Source: an uncultured archaeon (lineage in GTDB: Archaea > Asgardarchaeota > Thorarchaeia > Thorarchaeales > CAZPUN01). Taken from it: a DNA stretch of 32,000 nt. Within the stretch, counting starts at the first letter, position 1. Each line of letters opens with the position of its first letter. The translations under genes were made by a program, and so were the position numbers. The stretch spans positions 30,001 to 62,000 of the forward strand of contig CAZPUN010000017.1 of NCBI GenBank assembly GCA_964589775.1, written 5' to 3'. Positions 28,106 to 32,000 of the stretch are shown in pieces. The notes below the pieces were generated by a model. It was not told the origin of the DNA and ran no database searches. It saw nothing but the letters and a program-made list of their open reading frames with translations.

Positions 28106-28756
28106 TTACCAATCCATTGGCGTTAGAACTTTATAGGTATGCTTAAGTGCATCGACAAATGCCTTCGCAAAGTTTGCAGTAGTTCTAGTCATTCCAAAAG
28201 ATTTGGACCATGCGTCAGTTATACCTGCAAGTCTCAATACGGTTTTGCCAACTTCTGCGGTAACAAGACCCGTGCCACGTGGAGCAGGCATAAGTTCTAC
28301 GCGAACGCTACCTGATTTTCCACGTACAGCAAAGGGTAATGAGTGAAGATCCTCACAGCGGCATTCCCAGCTACCACAGCCACGACGAATTATCGTCAAG
28401 TTCAATTTAGCACGTACTTCAGCTGCACGTATTGCAGGTACAAATTCGGCTGCTTTTCCGGTTCCTATACCAATAATTCCATTTTCATTTCCAACAACGA
28501 CAGTAACTCTAAATCGTTTTTTCTTTCCCGCATCAGTTTGTCGTTGTACCATAGTAACATCTACAACTTCCTGCTTTAAGTCAGGAACAAGGAAATCAAC
28601 AATTTCAGGTTCACGAATCTTCAAATTGCGAAGAAAGATTTCTTCGATTGAAGTGATTTGACCTTCTTTTACTAACGCACCCAAACGGGTTTTGGGTTTC
28701 CAATCACTAACAGTATCCCGTTCAGATGATCCTCTACGATTTCTACGGTATGACAT
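28106..28756 (-). CDS. rps5: 30S ribosomal protein uS5
   Basis: WKPKTRLG, VQRQTDAG, RGCGSWEC, PAPRGTG. Confidence 0.98.
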   Translation of the reverse strand: MSYRRNRRGSSERDTVSDWKPKTRLGALVKEGQITSIEEIFLRNLKIREPEIVDFLVPDLKQEVVDVTMVQRQTDAGKKKRFRVTVVVGNENGIIGIGTGKAAEFVPAIRAAEVRAKLNLTIIRRGCGSWECRCEDLHSLPFAVRGKSGSVRVELMPAPRGTGLVTAEVGKTVLRLAGITDAWSKSFGMTRTTANFAKAFVDALKHTYKVLTPMDW

Positions 28757-28761
28757 GATTA

Positions 28762-29598
28762 TTACTCACCTTCTTCGCTCTTCTTCTTTCGGCCTCTCTT
28801 CTTTGGTGCCTCTTTTGTCTCTTCCTTTGCTTCCTCAGTCTCAGTCTTCTTCTTTCGGCCTCTCTTCTTTGGTGCCTCTTTTGTCTCTTCCTTTGCTTCT
28901 GTCACTTCGCTCTTCTTCTTTCGGCCTCTCTTCTTTGGTGCCTCTTTTGTCTCTTCCTTTGCTTCTTCTTTAGAAGGCTTAGATTTTCGCTTTGAAGGCT
29001 TTTTCACCTCAGATAGAGAAATTTTACCACTAAGAATCATTTCTTTAATTTTCTCAACTTGTGTTGGGATTTCATTGGATTTAATTTTCTTATTATAATA
29101 TTCTGCAAACATGAATCCATCGGACTTTTCGAAATGTTCCAATGCCTTAACAATATGTTCGCCTTTAAGTCGGCTTTCATCAGGAAATACATCAGGACTA
29201 TGGGGGACATTTAGACCTGCATCAATAACACCTTTTAATGCAGCATAAATTCTTCCACCCTTTATAGGAAGATGAAGCCCAATATCAAGAACAGCTTCAG
29301 TATATCCTTTCTTAATTGCACGGATCCCAGCAAGGAGTCCTGTAAGATATGCGGCAGGAATATTCTTTGTAGATATATTCCATCCATATAATTTCTTTAA
29401 TTCTAAGGATATTGCAGATGCAAGTGTTTTATCACCTTGTACGTGGGCTTCTATAAGTTGAACAATTGTATTTCCATTTGTCTTTCTTATGACTAATCTA
29501 GGTTTTCGTGAAAGTAATAAACGCTTTCTACGATAATAGTTTGTTTTACCTTCACGGCGTCTTCTAAATCTTACTTTATATCGTGGTCCTTTTGCCAA
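28762..29598 (-). CDS. rpl18: 50S ribosomal protein uL18 with repetitive charged C-terminal extension
   Basis: FRRRREGKTNYYRR, PAAYLTG, LKGVIDAGLNVPH. Confidence 0.97.
   Translation of the reverse strand: MAKGPRYKVRFRRRREGKTNYYRRKRLLLSRKPRLVIRKTNGNTIVQLIEAHVQGDKTLASAISLELKKLYGWNISTKNIPAAYLTGLLAGIRAIKKGYTEAVLDIGLHLPIKGGRIYAALKGVIDAGLNVPHSPDVFPDESRLKGEHIVKALEHFEKSDGFMFAEYYNKKIKSNEIPTQVEKIKEMILSGKISLSEVKKPSKRKSKPSKEEAKEETKEAPKKRGRKKKSEVTEAKEETKEAPKKRGRKKKTETEEAKEETKEAPKKRGRKKKSEEGE
28773..28965. repeat. In-frame tandem repeat, 3 copies, 66-bp period (EAKEETKEAPKKRGRKKK)
   Basis: Identical 55-bp cores starting at 28779, 28845 and 28911. Confidence 0.97.
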
Positions 29599-29611
29599 TT
29601 AGATTCCCCCG

Positions 29612-30061
29612 TTATTTTCGATATAGTTTCTTATCGCGAATATATGTATCCAAGTGAGATACGCTACGGAACATATTTCCTTTAGCTTTAAGATATAGAT
29701 CTCGATAAACAGATACATCGATTTTTCCAGATTCTTTTAATTCCTTAAGATGTCTACGTAGGGGTCGGATTTTATTTATCCAACGTCGCTTGCTACTAAT
29801 TATGGTATTTCGACTACCTTTTCGGGAACCAGGTCCGCGTCTTTGTCCTTTTTTCTTCTGTTTTTGGATGAATCTAGTTCGTCCGCGACTGATTCCTTTT
29901 TCATATTTTTTACCAATTATACCATCCGAGATGAGCTTTCGAATATCTTCCTTTCTAATAGCAAGAGAGATCTCATCCAAATAGTCCGGATGGAACCAGA
30001 CGCGACGAACACCAACGCCAAGGACTTCAGCAGCTAATCTTTTTTGTACATCCAACTTCAA
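29612..30061 (-). CDS. rpl19e: 50S ribosomal protein eL19
   Basis: QKRLAAEVLGVG, RRGPGSRKG, LYLKAKGNMF. Confidence 0.98.
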   Translation of the reverse strand: MKLDVQKRLAAEVLGVGVRRVWFHPDYLDEISLAIRKEDIRKLISDGIIGKKYEKGISRGRTRFIQKQKKKGQRRGPGSRKGSRNTIISSKRRWINKIRPLRRHLKELKESGKIDVSVYRDLYLKAKGNMFRSVSHLDTYIRDKKLYRK

Positions 30062-30076
30062 TTATAATTCCTCCAA

Positions 30077-30478
30077 TTAGAGTTCTTCGCTTTCTTCAAT
30101 TAGTTCGCCGGGATTTACAATACGAATCATTAATGATTCTGCACGATCAATAATTTCCATACGCTTCTTACGACCAACAGAGGAGGCAATACGCGCTACA
30201 TCACGGTCGGCATCTAATTTTTCTAGATCCTTAACATTGTAAACTATATGCTCCCGCAATCCAGATGGATGAAGATATCTAACTGCACGAGGATTTCTAT
30301 AACCAACGCCGGGTTGCTTCTTATAACCGGCGCGCTTCATTCGAACCTTATTATCAATACCTCGTGGTTTTCTCCAGCTAGACTTTACACGGACTAAGCG
30401 GTCGCTTTCATGTCTGATGAATTTAGGACGCTTCTTTGCAATTTTCTTACGCAACTTAAATAATCGTTTTTCAGTCAT
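30077..30478 (-). CDS. rpl32e: 50S ribosomal protein eL32
   Basis: PKFIRHES, WRKPRGIDNKVR, HPSG. Confidence 0.98.
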   Translation of the reverse strand: MTEKRLFKLRKKIAKKRPKFIRHESDRLVRVKSSWRKPRGIDNKVRMKRAGYKKQPGVGYRNPRAVRYLHPSGLREHIVYNVKDLEKLDADRDVARIASSVGRKKRMEIIDRAESLMIRIVNPGELIEESEEL

Positions 30479-30487
30479 TTTAATCCC

Positions 30488-31054
30488 TCAATGAACTATT
30501 CTTTTCACATGATCTCCATGGCGTTTCTCATAAACATAAATACCATCCATGAAGGTTCTAACATCTTTCTTGCGGATTTTTGTTGCTTGTTGAATATTTG
30601 CAGCTGTTTGACCGACTTCCTCGATGTTAATTCCTTTTACGATGATATCATCATCTTTCACGATTACTTCTGTATCACCAACTGCTTTAGCCCGCCTAAC
30701 ATCGCGCTCACCAATTAGATTTTCAATTATGATATCGCGTCCTTGAACCTTAACAGTCATTGGAAAGTGGGAATATACAATCTTTAATTTATATTCGTAT
30801 CCCTTTGTAACACCAATAATCATGTTTCTAATGTGAGCTGCAGTTGTACCAATTAGTGCTTTTTCAAATGCGCGGGCATTTCGAACAGATAATTTCACAA
30901 CATTATCCTCTAACTTAATATCTACAGGGGTAATCCCAAAGTCACGCTTTAATGTTCCGAGGGGACCCGATACGGTTATAGATTTTCCCTCGACATTTAC
31001 GGTGACATCGGAAGGGATTTTTACTTCCTGTTCAATAAGGGGTACTTTAGGCAT
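30488..31054 (-). CDS. rpl6: 50S ribosomal protein uL6
   Basis: GPLGTLKRDF, NMIIGVTKGY, YSHFPM, FMDGIYVY; ATG 31054 after GGAGG. Confidence 0.97.
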   Translation of the reverse strand: MPKVPLIEQEVKIPSDVTVNVEGKSITVSGPLGTLKRDFGITPVDIKLEDNVVKLSVRNARAFEKALIGTTAAHIRNMIIGVTKGYEYKLKIVYSHFPMTVKVQGRDIIIENLIGERDVRRAKAVGDTEVIVKDDDIIVKGINIEEVGQTAANIQQATKIRKKDVRTFMDGIYVYEKRHGDHVKRIVH

Positions 31055-31067
31055 TCTTATTTTCCTC

Positions 31068-31460
31068 CTAGTACACATATGCGATTAATTTTCCACCGGT
31101 TCTCTGTGCTCGTGCCTCTTTGTGCGTCATAATTCCAGAGGGTGTGCTTACGATGAGAAGACCAAAGTTGTATGCAGGCAAGAACCGCTTTTCATATTCT
31201 TCAAATTGATTGTATTTAACGGCATACCTTGGCTTAATGACACCACAACTGTTTATTCTACCCATAAGCTGAACTCTAAATCTACCTGCACGACCATCAT
31301 CGATGAACTCAAATTCACCAATATATCCTTCTTTCTGAAGAACACTAAGTACGTTAGCAATTAATTTCGAAGCGGGTTTGACAATTACCTCAGTATGACC
31401 AACTTTTTCGTTATTTAGTATAGTTGTTAAAGCATCTGCTAATGGATCCAACAAAGTCAT
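31068..31460 (-). CDS. rps8: 30S ribosomal protein uS8
   Basis: [31 protein letters not shown]. Confidence 0.98.
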   Translation of the reverse strand: MTLLDPLADALTTILNNEKVGHTEVIVKPASKLIANVLSVLQKEGYIGEFEFIDDGRAGRFRVQLMGRINSCGVIKPRYAVKYNQFEEYEKRFLPAYNFGLLIVSTPSGIMTHKEARAQRTGGKLIAYVY

Positions 31461-31470
31461 TATTTACACC

Positions 31471-31623
31471 TCATTTTAACTTCTTAAATCCAAGTTCACC
31501 AGCTACCTCTCTGAGGCATCGTCGGCAAATCATTAGTCCATATGAGCGTATTACTGCACGATGAGTACCACATCTGATACAAACCCGGCTTCCCTTTCCA
31601 AATTTTTTCTTAATAGTAGCCAT
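31471..31623 (-). CDS. rps14: 30S ribosomal protein uS14 (Zn-binding), absent from the ORF track
   Basis: Manual translation [50 protein letters not shown]; canonical position between uL5 and uS8. Confidence 0.97.
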   Translation of the reverse strand: MATIKKKFGKGSRVCIRCGTHRAVIRSYGLMICRRCLREVAGELGFKKLK

Positions 31624-31999
31624 ATTGATATTCCTCCTCTTTTTCTGCGATTTTAATGCCGAATTCTTCTTGCAAGAATGCCATACTTTCTTCCGGCGTC
31701 AATCTGTGACGCTTTGGAATGCGTCTTCTAGCAATATGTCTTCGTTTAATTCTAAATCCAGGACGAATAATGTTAACTGTAATATTCATACCAAATATAC
31801 CAATATTGGGATCATACTTCACACCAGGTATATCGATGTGCTCTTTTATCCCAAATGCAACATTACCTTCACGATCAAATTGCTTTTTCAGTAATGTATT
31901 GTTTTTGACCTGAAGTACTCTCTTTAGAAAGTCGATAGCAGCCTGTCTACGTAATGTTACACGAACAGCTATTGGTTCTCGTTTTCGAATACCAAACTC
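31610..31999 (-). CDS. rpl5: 50S ribosomal protein uL5 (5'-partial)
   Basis: [17 protein letters not shown]...[23 protein letters not shown]. Confidence 0.97.
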   Translation of the reverse strand, partial: EFGIRKREPIAVRVTLRRQAAIDFLKRVLQVKNNTLLKKQFDREGNVAFGIKEHIDIPGVKYDPNIGIFGMNITVNIIRPGFRIKRRHIARRRIPKRHRLTPEESMAFLQEEFGIKIAEKEEEYQYGYY

Positions 32000-32000
32000 A

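Noticed and set aside
28773-28965. 66-bp periodic repeat read as a CRISPR array
   Set aside because: In-frame coding repeat with 55-bp cores and 11-bp linkers; no cas genes
28692-28973. Plus-strand 93-aa repetitive ORF
   Set aside because: Antisense shadow of the uL18 repeat

Overview
AT-rich archaeal window, most likely from an Asgard archaeon. This is inferred from archaeal ribosomal proteins, DGGGP synthase and proteasome alpha occurring with longin-like, Rab-fold, Yip1 and Vps28-CTD-like proteins. The right end (24.4-32 kb, minus strand) is the archaeal spc-type superoperon: uL5 (partial), uS14 (missed by the ORF track), uS8, uL6, eL32, eL19, uL18 with a 3x22-aa basic repeat tail, uS5, uL30, uL15, secY, adk and EMC3/DUF106, followed by a longin-like gene. 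Much of the rest is housekeeping. The best candidate for an undescribed system is the co-oriented minus-strand cluster at 7011-15130. It contains an acidic helical protein, a coiled-coil protein, dtdA, a coiled-coil + Vps28-CTD-like protein, a Cys-cluster protein, and a translationally coupled 1298-aa TrmB-like protein split by a ~1080-residue hendecad helical rod. It may be a division or membrane-remodelling scaffold. Also notable are a Rab-fold pseudo-GTPase, a pseudo-nitrilase and a structured ncRNA candidate at 122-230. No CRISPR array, tRNA, rRNA or transposase was seen. All family calls come from motif recognition by eye, not database searches.
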